Below are positions 55,789 through 63,618 of a stretch of DNA of 64,000 nt, piece after piece (within the stretch, counting starts at the first letter, position 1; every line of letters starts with the position of its first letter). Below the pieces are notes generated by a model. The model saw nothing but the letters and a program-made list of their open reading frames with translations, ran no database searches and was not told where the DNA came from. The stretch covers positions 443,911 to 507,910 of the IMG/VR virus record IMGVR_UViG_3300049793_000366, one strand, 5' to 3'. The position numbers were made by a program, and so were the translations under genes.

Positions 55789-56283
55789 TTAATTATGCTC
55801 CAAATAGACGAAACATCTTGTCTGAGGTATACTACCTTCACCGTCATAATATTCCATCCAGTCAACAGAATCAAGTTGAACTTCGTTGCCAGTAACTAAA
55901 TTATATGACTTAGCTAATAAATCTTCAACTATGTCAAATTTGAAATCATATTTCTTATTGAACTTGGTAAATATTTCAATTAGCATATTTTGTAAAATTC
56001 GAGTTAAAGTACCAGTATAATCATTCACACCATCATCATCAATTCTATCATTCTCTGTGAATATTTTACCGTGTTTTTTTGACTCTTCTTCTGATAAGGT
56101 TAGTAGAAATCTTATAATATATTTAGGCTTCTCAATGGTGTTATACTGATTTATAATCTTAACACTTATATCACTTATTCTTATGTCTGATAAATCTTCA
56201 ACGAATATCTCAAGCCATTCTTTTACAACCTTTGTATCGATTGTGTTATTAGCATAGTTTTCAAATAAGACTAAATGTTTCAT
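55789..56283 (-). CDS. N-tag hypothetical protein
   Basis: MKHLVLFEN; TAATATATA at 56288-56296. Confidence 0.75.
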   Translation of the reverse strand: MKHLVLFENYANNTIDTKVVKEWLEIFVEDLSDIRISDISVKIINQYNTIEKPKYIIRFLLTLSEEESKKHGKIFTENDRIDDDGVNDYTGTLTRILQNMLIEIFTKFNKKYDFKFDIVEDLLAKSYNLVTGNEVQLDSVDWMEYYDGEGSIPQTRCFVYLEHN

Positions 56284-56364
56284 ATTGTATATATTAAAAG
56301 TTATTAACAATACGTGGATAACTTTATCTTGACTTGTATATTAAAATCTCACTACTTTTGGACT

Positions 56365-56436
56365 ATGACAAAACAACAACACATCACAGCGATTTGCTTT
56401 ATTATCGGATTAATTGTGGGCTTCTGCTTAATCTAA
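56365..56436 (+). CDS. Micro membrane peptide (23 aa)
   Basis: MTKQQHITAICFIIGLIVGFCLI; TACTTTTG 4 nt upstream. Confidence 0.45.
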   Translation: MTKQQHITAICFIIGLIVGFCLI

Positions 56437-56682
56437 TATTGAATCTAAGACATTCATGCGTTTAAGTTGTAATTTAGCTTCATAGCTAAAAAGTGGTGCT
56501 ATACAGCGTTTGGGACCACCGAAATCATCTATAAACTCAATTGCAAGGTATATAAAGCCTTTACCATTAACGCCTGGGTAGTCTAACCAAACTTTATTGA
56601 TGGTGCTTACGAGGGTGAATGGTTCCTTATCATCGATGAGTTCCATCAATATATCCTTGTTATATCCGTCTATATATGACAT
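56428..56682 (-). CDS. C-tag hypothetical protein
   Basis: KRMNVLDSIL. Confidence 0.7.
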   Translation of the reverse strand: MSYIDGYNKDILMELIDDKEPFTLVSTINKVWLDYPGVNGKGFIYLAIEFIDDFGGPKRCIAPLFSYEAKLQLKRMNVLDSILD

Positions 56683-56686
56683 AATA

Positions 56687-56983
56687 CTAGTATAATAGTC
56701 TATTTATCTTCATTTCTCTGCGACAAGCATCATATTCAGAGCTTTCTGGTAGGTCTATGTTTCTACCAAACTCTTTAATAATGGTGAATTTAACACCAGT
56801 GTCACTATACCCAGTTTCGTAGCTTATGTAGATGCTATCAAACATTAATAGTATTGAATATGATCCTATTTTACTTACAATATTAGTGAATGTTCTTTCG
56901 GAAACAAACCCATCAATTGTTTCATATATCTGACTACCATACGTTGCTATGAAGTCTTTAGTTCTGTACTGTCTCTGGTTCAT
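56687..56983 (-). CDS. C-tag hypothetical protein
   Basis: RREMKINRLL. Confidence 0.7.
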   Translation of the reverse strand: MNQRQYRTKDFIATYGSQIYETIDGFVSERTFTNIVSKIGSYSILLMFDSIYISYETGYSDTGVKFTIIKEFGRNIDLPESSEYDACRREMKINRLLY

Positions 56984-57223
56984 GTGTAATTATAACGCTT
57001 TGATGCGACATTCTAAATGTTGTTCGGTGATGTCGGATAATACTTTCATCCGGTTGTTTCTTCTTGGGTTCGGTATAGTTTAAAATGGTAAATATAAGAT
57101 ACAAGATACAATTAGTCATTCTTCTTATATAATTTAAAGTATCATAGGTTGGTTTTTTAACATTTGAAATATAAACTTAGTATAATCGCTATACTATAAT
57201 ATCTCAACTAATATCATATTGAG

Positions 57224-57490
57224 ATGAACTTCACACACGAACAAATGTTAATTGTTAATGAGTCACTTGAAAAAATTATTGACTCTAAAAATGATATTAT
57301 AGTATCAGATGAGATTGAGAAGCTATTCGAGGATATCCCACTAGCTAATAAGCGTTCATTATTTTCTCACATGGGTTCCTTATTCTTAAATGTAATGCTG
57401 AATAGAACTTACTTAGGTTCCACAGCCGTAGAACGTTCAACAGAAGGTAGAATGGTTATTAAACGATTAGCTGACCAATTGAACGATTGA
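57224..57490 (+). CDS. Hypothetical protein
   Basis: 88 aa. Confidence 0.65.
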   Translation: MNFTHEQMLIVNESLEKIIDSKNDIIVSDEIEKLFEDIPLANKRSLFSHMGSLFLNVMLNRTYLGSTAVERSTEGRMVIKRLADQLND

Positions 57491-57491
57491 T

Positions 57492-57695
57492 ATGAGAGGA
57501 TTTAAGATAAGAGGTATGTGGGTAACTTCTGAGTGGTTACTAAACAAGGATAATATATCATGGCACTTCAATTTATTACCAGCACTCAATTTCGGTAACA
57601 ACCCCGGTAAGAAGGGTTGTATTATAAACTTTGCTTGGCTCCTTTGGTGCTGGCATATAAGATTTAGATATAATGCCTCTACCAAGAATACCTAA
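57492..57695 (+). CDS. Small hydrophobic protein
   Basis: FNLLPAL..INFAWLLWCW. Confidence 0.6.
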   Translation: MRGFKIRGMWVTSEWLLNKDNISWHFNLLPALNFGNNPGKKGCIINFAWLLWCWHIRFRYNASTKNT

Positions 57696-57969
57696 ACAAG
57701 ATTTTAAATATAACGGCTACTGTATATGTGTCCGTTCATTTGATAGAACCTATGTAGATAAATCTTCATATGATTGGAAAACTATTGATGTTATTTTCAC
57801 CGAAGGTGAGCTGTTTGAATACACATCAACATCTGGTTGGTTTTATGAACTAACCGCCGGATCTTATAAGATGACATTTGAAGATACAGACTTTCATGAT
57901 TGCTTTGGTCGTTTGAGTAAAGAAGATTACAGAGAATATAAACTTAATAAAATAATAGACAATGTGTAG
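57673..57969 (+). CDS. CIK-family protein with C-tag
   Basis: YCICVR; YREYKLNKII. Confidence 0.75.
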   Translation: MPLPRIPKQDFKYNGYCICVRSFDRTYVDKSSYDWKTIDVIFTEGELFEYTSTSGWFYELTAGSYKMTFEDTDFHDCFGRLSKEDYREYKLNKIIDNV

Positions 57970-58141
57970 AACTCCTTGGTGTTTCGGTGATTGCGATGAG
58001 TGCATAGCCGATGAGAAATATGAAAAAGAAATGGAAGAGGCTAATGCTGAATGCCCACATAGAAGAGAATGTAAATGGGTAGCAACTGATGTAAAGAATG
58101 ACAGGTGTACAACCTGTGGTAAAACATATACATATTCATAG
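57962..58141 (+). CDS. Small Cys-rich protein (59 aa, not in ORF track)
   Basis: MCRTPWCFGDCDEC...CPH...CTTCGK. Confidence 0.6.
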   Translation: MCRTPWCFGDCDECIADEKYEKEMEEANAECPHRRECKWVATDVKNDRCTTCGKTYTYS

Positions 58142-58143
58142 AA

Positions 58144-58545
58144 ATGGTGAAAATTAAGCACATAAAAGGAAAAGATAAATCGGAAGAGAACTGGCGTTTA
58201 TCTGTTACGTTCGAACCACAGAATCATGTTATAATAATAAAGACTGAGAACTTCACTCATGGATTCAGAGATGGTGAGGATTGGGACCACATAGCTAAAT
58301 TTCCATCACATTATACATCTGGTGTGTATGATAACTACGTAACTTACATCACAAAACGCCCAGAGAAGATGGATAAAGTATTGGGTGATATGATTACTAT
58401 GTTGCATGAAATAATAACGTGTAATATAAAAGCATCTGAGAAAGAGATAGCACAACGACAAAACTCTATAAATTTACTGAAGGATGGCTTAAATAGTGCG
58501 TTATTCAGAGATAAAAAGATTGATGTAATACTAAATGACGTATAG
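58144..58545 (+). CDS. C-tag hypothetical protein
   Basis: FRDKKIDVIL. Confidence 0.75.
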   Translation: MVKIKHIKGKDKSEENWRLSVTFEPQNHVIIIKTENFTHGFRDGEDWDHIAKFPSHYTSGVYDNYVTYITKRPEKMDKVLGDMITMLHEIITCNIKASEKEIAQRQNSINLLKDGLNSALFRDKKIDVILNDV

Positions 58546-58750
58546 GTGTATAATAGAACATAGTAAGTATTCATTAGTACAGAAGAAGAATATAGACATT
58601 AAGCTTAATGATAAGTTTGATTTCGTATTAACGAGTGGGTTATACCACTCATATGACAATTATAATATTATATACGAACCAAGAGAATTTAAGCGGTATT
58701 TCGCTACTCTTGAGAATTACCGGGATAGTCAATTGGATAAGTTAATATAA
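58535..58750 (+). CDS. CIK-family protein with C-tag
   Basis: YRCII; YRDSQLDKLI. Confidence 0.7.
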   Translation: MTYRCIIEHSKYSLVQKKNIDIKLNDKFDFVLTSGLYHSYDNYNIIYEPREFKRYFATLENYRDSQLDKLI

Positions 58751-58800
58751 GGCACAAACTTCCTTTAGATATATAATATAATAAAAAACAAACTGTAACA

Positions 58801-59070
58801 ATGAAGAAGAAATTAGTTTTATTCGGCGCTATCTTCTGTTTAGTGGTGTTAACATCATTTAAATTAAACGATAGCTATCCTTGTCACCCTGCTGGGGATT
58901 TGGGTCCTTGTGAACATATCGTTCATTCAATGGGTGATTTAGGTCCATGTGGTCATACATTCTATGATGCTTGGGGTAACTTAAAAACTGTTCATGCTCA
59001 AGATTTATACCCATGTACTCATCGAGTTCATGTTGGTGATATCTACCCATGTACACACATCTGTTGGTAA
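58801..59070 (+). CDS. Secreted His/Cys-repeat protein
   Basis: Signal peptide, then repeats of H-x-x-GD-[LI]-x-PC-x-H. Confidence 0.75.
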   Translation: MKKKLVLFGAIFCLVVLTSFKLNDSYPCHPAGDLGPCEHIVHSMGDLGPCGHTFYDAWGNLKTVHAQDLYPCTHRVHVGDIYPCTHICW

Positions 59071-59074
59071 AGAG

Positions 59075-59104
59075 AAAGCCTTTCAATTTTGAAAGGCTTT
59101 TTTT
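59075..59104. terminator. Rho-independent terminator between convergent genes
   Basis: AAAGCCTTTCAA-TT-TTGAAAGGCTTT followed by a T run. Confidence 0.85.
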
Positions 59105-59580
59105 TATTCTAATATTATCATCGCTCTGAGTAATAAAGTCCAGTAAGATTTTGATAGCTTCTTGGTACCAGTGAATTCATATCTCAATACATATGATACT
59201 TTATCTGATACACTACCAAAAACCTTTTCATTAACAAACTTCATAGTTCTGATGTTGTTTAACATCTTAAGTAACAATGCTGGGATTATGTGCTTAGGAT
59301 TTGTTATCTCTCTATATTTGTTCTTAGCTTCTAACGCTGTTGAACTCTTAGTCAACATTTCTCTGATTGGTTTAATAAACTCAAGGTGACCAAGTGTTAA
59401 ACCTTGTTGTTCATATAAGCAACACTCATATATTCTGGTGTAGACTGGTTCAGATTCGGGATATAATGTAATCTCATTTTTACATATATCAAACACATCC
59501 TGTAAGTCTGGACAGTTGACTAATGTTTTAAGTCTGAATGATATTTCGCCGAATTGCTCGAATGTTTTTAATAATTTCAC
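59104..59580 (-). CDS. N-tag hypothetical protein (GTG start)
   Basis: (M)KLLKTFEQF; TAATATATA 4 nt upstream (59585-59593). Confidence 0.7.
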   Translation of the reverse strand: MKLLKTFEQFGEISFRLKTLVNCPDLQDVFDICKNEITLYPESEPVYTRIYECCLYEQQGLTLGHLEFIKPIREMLTKSSTALEAKNKYREITNPKHIIPALLLKMLNNIRTMKFVNEKVFGSVSDKVSYVLRYEFTGTKKLSKSYWTLLLRAMIILE

Positions 59581-59590
59581 TTTGTATATA

Positions 59591-59821
59591 TTAAGATTCG
59601 GTTCCAAGTAACTTATCGAGCTGTTCTTCCCGGTGATGTGATTCTATGATTTTCACATTGAATGGTCTATCGATAATGTCATATTTAGTAGGTAGATAGA
59701 AGCTATTATTGATATCAAATAATGCTTCGATTTCATTACGCACTTCCCTTGTATCATAGGTACATATTTTACCATTGATACTTGGTTGTCCACCTTTATC
59801 TTCTACTTTAATGCTTCTCAC
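59591..59821 (-). CDS. C-tag hypothetical protein
   Basis: HREEQLDKLL. Confidence 0.7.
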   Translation of the reverse strand: MRSIKVEDKGGQPSINGKICTYDTREVRNEIEALFDINNSFYLPTKYDIIDRPFNVKIIESHHREEQLDKLLGTES

Positions 59822-60188
59822 TTAATAAACTACTTAATGCTATTTCTCTAAGGAATTCTTTTGTTTTAAACCTATCAATTTTTCTTAAAATACCATTCAT
59901 TATTCTACGCTCATAAGCGGTGCTTGTACTACGAAGTGTTGAAAATATTCTATTATGGAATGTAAATTTCAACTGCTCGTGTATGTACAATACTTCTTCT
60001 TCGGTTAGATTGTATATGGTGAGATATCCTTGCTTCTTTGCTATACCCACAAGTATCTGAGACTCTTCATCTAAAGTACTAACATCACCGCAAAAATTGT
60101 ATAAATTACAATTCTTGTCTGGTCTATAATACAGATAATCTCTGTATAATTTATTTTGAACCTCGGTTAGTTTTAAATTATATCTCAT
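59808..60188 (-). CDS. C-tag hypothetical protein
   Basis: LREIALSSLL. Confidence 0.7.
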   Translation of the reverse strand: MRYNLKLTEVQNKLYRDYLYYRPDKNCNLYNFCGDVSTLDEESQILVGIAKKQGYLTIYNLTEEEVLYIHEQLKFTFHNRIFSTLRSTSTAYERRIMNGILRKIDRFKTKEFLREIALSSLLSEKH

Positions 60189-60379
60189 TTCAATAAATCA
60201 TCTATCTTGGTGTCGCGTATGTCTTCTTTTGTTGGTGGAACATTATGCCAGCTAACTCTGTCTTTAAACATAGCAAACTGCTTTAAATGGCAGTCTTTAC
60301 AAGTGCGGGTATCTCTACCATTATTACTACTGTCGTTATATTCATACACCCATGTATGCATAAAGATACATCTATTCAT
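60185..60379 (-). CDS. Small Zn-binding-like protein with C-tag
   Basis: C..MH.W...RTCKDC; IRDTKIDDLL. Confidence 0.7.
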   Translation of the reverse strand: MNRCIFMHTWVYEYNDSSNNGRDTRTCKDCHLKQFAMFKDRVSWHNVPPTKEDIRDTKIDDLLK

Positions 60380-60581
60380 CTAATAGTTTCTTTAGTTTTT
60401 TATCTCTGAAGTAAGACAGTGGTTTAAATAAATTACCCTCTACCATATGTCTATAACCTCTATCATTATGAATCCACCAATTAAATAGATGTTCGTATTT
60501 TTCATCACTAATTGGTTCAGCATCATACACCCCACCAAGTGTTAAGTGATACGAACTATTATCTATACACACTAATTTCAA
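60372..60581 (-). CDS. CIK-family protein with C-tag
   Basis: MKLVCIDN..LTLGGVY; FRDKKLKKLL. Confidence 0.75.
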   Translation of the reverse strand: MKLVCIDNSSYHLTLGGVYDAEPISDEKYEHLFNWWIHNDRGYRHMVEGNLFKPLSYFRDKKLKKLLDE

Positions 60582-60907
60582 TTCAACAAATCATTTATTT
60601 TATTAAGACGTATCTCTTCTACTTCATACTTGGATGGCTTCTCTACACCATATAAAGTTTTTCTTGTTTCATCATCTAATAAAGCAGTTGATAATCCAGC
60701 TTTATGTCTCTCCTCCATAATGAAATCATATGCTTCTTGTTTCTTACCTTGCCTAAGAAGCTCACTCATTTTACCTAGATTTCTATCAGCAAACTCAACC
60801 ATGAATCGTTCGCGTTTTCTTTCTCCATATGATTTGCTGAAAAAATTATACAATCCTATGAATGTACTAATTACTAGCAACGAAATAAATATGTAGCTTA
60901 TTATCAT
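60578..60907 (-). CDS. Membrane-anchored protein with C-tag
   Basis: N-terminal TM; IRLNKINDLL. Confidence 0.7.
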   Translation of the reverse strand: MIISYIFISLLVISTFIGLYNFFSKSYGERKRERFMVEFADRNLGKMSELLRQGKKQEAYDFIMEERHKAGLSTALLDDETRKTLYGVEKPSKYEVEEIRLNKINDLLN

Positions 60908-60910
60908 GTT

Positions 60911-61279
60911 TTATCTAATTGAATTGTAAGCAGCGTCAACAGCAAGTCCTTGTTCTATCCAACCAAAGACATCTACGTGTAGAGCAGTAAGATAGTTAAT
61001 TATATCAGCATCTAATTTAATACTATCAAGTGTTGTGCGATTGATGTGTTCTTTTGGCCAAAGTTTATTAAGCCCTTCAACTTCGTGTCTTGAAAGTGTT
61101 TCAAACCTTCTAAGAACTGGCTTAATTATAGTGGGTAGATAGTTCACTCGTTCGCTGATTACCATATTAGTAACAGAGTCGATACCTTCGATTATATCAA
61201 GAACTGGTCTATCAGTATCCATTATGTAACATGGGCATCCGATGAAAAATCTAAAATCAATTGCGTTTAATGTTTTCAT
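60911..61279 (-). CDS. Phage hypothetical protein
   Basis: IKPVLR...HVDVFGWIEQGLAVD motif. Confidence 0.75.
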   Translation of the reverse strand: MKTLNAIDFRFFIGCPCYIMDTDRPVLDIIEGIDSVTNMVISERVNYLPTIIKPVLRRFETLSRHEVEGLNKLWPKEHINRTTLDSIKLDADIINYLTALHVDVFGWIEQGLAVDAAYNSIR

Positions 61280-61431
61280 TATTTTTTAGGATAAGTTATA
61301 GTGTAAGTTACTCCCTCTTCATTTTGAGGATCAGTCTCACTACTAACGTGTAGTTTTATTTCAATTGTATCGGGAGAATTTATTTCTTCCTCTGTTAGAA
61401 TTAATCTAACTTCTTTAATAATTTTACTCAT
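61279..61431 (-). CDS. Small hypothetical protein (50 aa, not in ORF track)
   Basis: MSKIIKEVRLIL...YPKK; coupled on both sides. Confidence 0.55.
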   Translation of the reverse strand: MSKIIKEVRLILTEEEINSPDTIEIKLHVSSETDPQNEEGVTYTITYPKK

Positions 61432-61894
61432 AGTCTTCTTCGTTAAGTTGTGGTAAATGTTCTTTGGTAAATGCTTCTGCTTGTTCGCGTCTCCAGTTAG
61501 TCTTACTATTATTCAGACATGAACTATATGGCGAACGCTTCACTACTTTAAATGGTAGGTTACAGTTTTTCTGAATCCATTCAGATAATTCCGGCATATG
61601 TATAGGAATGAACCAGTAGTAATATTCTTCGCTATCTGGTATAAGAATATCATACTTATCGAATAATTCTTCTACGGCACATTCTCTTGATGATAGAAAG
61701 TATTTCAGTGAGTAATACTTACTCTTCCTACCAGTTACTTGTTCAACCATTTGCCAGAAGAATTTGTTATAATCTTCGGCACGTTGGTGGTGTTGTACGC
61801 GATTACTGTCGTTACCGAATATACCCTTTCGTACATTGATACCATCAGCGTAATATCTTATTTGAAATATAGTGAAGTCTTTTGATTTAATCAT
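61424..61894 (-). CDS. Hypothetical protein
   Basis: 156 aa. Confidence 0.7.
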   Translation of the reverse strand: MIKSKDFTIFQIRYYADGINVRKGIFGNDSNRVQHHQRAEDYNKFFWQMVEQVTGRKSKYYSLKYFLSSRECAVEELFDKYDILIPDSEEYYYWFIPIHMPELSEWIQKNCNLPFKVVKRSPYSSCLNNSKTNWRREQAEAFTKEHLPQLNEEDYE

Positions 61895-62208
61895 AATAAT
61901 TTTTGTAATGCTTTTGTTCTTATCTTTCTTGTATTAATATTGTTGAATAGTTCATCTGTTACTAAAGTATCAATCGTGGACTTTTGACCATAGCTAAAAT
62001 ATATTATGATAGACTTTCTATTGTTATCTTTAGTCGCTTCGTAGTCTACAACACTATCACCAATGTGTAGTGTCAATCCGTCCATCATGTGTATGGCTAA
62101 TTTAATACCGGAATTAAACTCAACATCATATATACTTCTTGTTGTGCGAAATATATTAATGATGATATCATCCAGGTCAGGTATTTCATTTACAGTATAT
62201 TGTCTCAT
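61891..62208 (-). CDS. C-tag hypothetical protein
   Basis: IRTKALQKLL. Confidence 0.7.
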   Translation of the reverse strand: MRQYTVNEIPDLDDIIINIFRTTRSIYDVEFNSGIKLAIHMMDGLTLHIGDSVVDYEATKDNNRKSIIIYFSYGQKSTIDTLVTDELFNNINTRKIRTKALQKLL

Positions 62209-62528
62209 TTCACGATGAATTCTATCTGTTTATCTCGTTTAAACTGCGAATATGGGGCAATGTCAACGTATTTTTGAGATAATACCATTAAACGGTGTTC
62301 TTTTTCTAACTGAGATTCGATATCAGTGAATGTTTCATTCATTTGTCTCCAAACCGATGCTTCTCTAACTGGGTCCAATTTGACCTCTTGTAATGCTAAT
62401 ACTGTGGGTAATATCGACATGATATGCTTCTCTATTGAAGCCATTCCGACTGTAATAGTACCTCGTGCTTTATCAAATGATACTAAGTAATCCCAAAATC
62501 CTTTTATGATATCTAATCGTTCTTTCAT
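62205..62528 (-). CDS. Helical family protein with C-tag
   Basis: DYLVSFD; YSQFKRDKQIEFIV. Confidence 0.7.
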   Translation of the reverse strand: MKERLDIIKGFWDYLVSFDKARGTITVGMASIEKHIMSILPTVLALQEVKLDPVREASVWRQMNETFTDIESQLEKEHRLMVLSQKYVDIAPYSQFKRDKQIEFIVK

Positions 62529-62797
62529 CCCATTAAATCATTAAGTTTTTCTTCACGAACATCAGCAAGTGATTTAATTCCAGCGGCTACGAGAACAGAA
62601 TCGGTTGCCAATACTGCTCTGTGTTCTAAAATTGTATCTTCGTAATCTGTATCGCACAAATATGGTTCTACTTCACACTTAATCCATTTAGCAGCGTAGA
62701 TGTTATCAGTTATATGCTCAGATATATAAGCAAGTACTTTAGCACCCTTAGCAACGGAGCCTTTATCGATAACTATTATATCACCAATGTTTAACAT
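62525..62797 (-). CDS. C-tag protein (SH3-like start)
   Basis: LNIGDIIV; VREEKLNDLM. Confidence 0.7.
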   Translation of the reverse strand: MLNIGDIIVIDKGSVAKGAKVLAYISEHITDNIYAAKWIKCEVEPYLCDTDYEDTILEHRAVLATDSVLVAAGIKSLADVREEKLNDLMG

Positions 62798-62991
62798 TCT
62801 AATAATGATTCTATTTCATTCATAACTAAGCCCGGATCTTCATCATAAAGACCTTCAGACCAACCATCAACTAACTGTTTGAATTGTGTGTTATTCTCAG
62901 ATGTTATTTTGGATGATTTAGCTTTATCAAGTAATTCTTTACTTAAACTAAACCATGTTCCTAATTCTGTTAGTAAATCGTAAATTTTCAT
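62791..62991 (-). CDS. Hypothetical protein
   Basis: W..G.YDEDP; 4 nt after promoter. Confidence 0.7.
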   Translation of the reverse strand: MKIYDLLTELGTWFSLSKELLDKAKSSKITSENNTQFKQLVDGWSEGLYDEDPGLVMNEIESLLEC

Positions 62992-62995
62992 GTCG

Positions 62996-63027
62996 TAAAT
63001 ATACGGAATAAATATGAGATTACCAAA
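62996..63027 (-). promoter_or_regulatory. Early promoter
   Basis: TTTG-N20-TATATTTA with TCCG on -. Confidence 0.7.
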
Positions 63028-63047
63028 TCCGGAAATTATGGACTGTG

Positions 63048-63521
63048 TTAGTGTATGCGGTTATTGATTTCGTACTTCAAATATGATAATAATTCCTGCA
63101 TCTCTTTTTCGGTTAACATGGTACCAAACTCGTGCATTCTTCCGCATCGGCTGTCCCATTGTTTTAATAACTCAAGTGTGTAAGGGTCTTTATTTGCTTC
63201 GAGTGTATTTATACTACATATGATGTCATACATTTTTCGGTATGTAATTCTGTCCGAAATTTTCGGAGCAATTAAATCTCTTGTGAAGGAGTGACATGGA
63301 CCACAGTTACCTCGATATATTTTTCTACCATTATCGATGAAATCAATATCGTCAGATACTATAATAGTTTCTGGTTCTTTTCTAAATGTATCAAGTGGAT
63401 TAATTTGAACCTCTACAATTATTGGTGGTTGTGGTTTACTGTTATCCGTAGCTATAAGAAAACCAACTCCGAATAATACTAACAACACTATTACTAACGT
63501 TACTATTTGTTCCTTTTTCAT
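63048..63521 (-). CDS. Membrane-anchored monoheme cytochrome c
   Basis: N-terminal TM; GRKIYRGNCGPCH (CxxCH), IAPKI, distal Met in GRMHEF, C-terminal LTEKEMQELLSYL helix. Confidence 0.8.
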   Translation of the reverse strand: MKKEQIVTLVIVLLVLFGVGFLIATDNSKPQPPIIVEVQINPLDTFRKEPETIIVSDDIDFIDNGRKIYRGNCGPCHSFTRDLIAPKISDRITYRKMYDIICSINTLEANKDPYTLELLKQWDSRCGRMHEFGTMLTEKEMQELLSYLKYEINNRIH

Positions 63522-63581
63522 TATATTTATATAACACTCTGTTGATAAGTTTATACACATAATTATAGGATTTAATCCGGA

Positions 63582-63613
63582 TTTGGTTATATGAAATATA
63601 ATCCGTATATTTG
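63582..63613 (+). promoter_or_regulatory. Early promoter
   Basis: TTTG-N20-TATATTTG, ATG at 63619. Confidence 0.8.
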
Positions 63614-63618
63614 AATCG

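Noticed and set aside
1231-63476. Antisense or alternate-frame ORFs in the track (e.g. 1231, 1511, 2757, 5508, 15382, 25562, 27233, 32306, 34301, 40624, 52204, 54847, 57850, 60630)
   Set aside because: They overlap better-supported genes, have Ser/Ile/Phe-rich shadow composition, and lack tags, promoters or coupling
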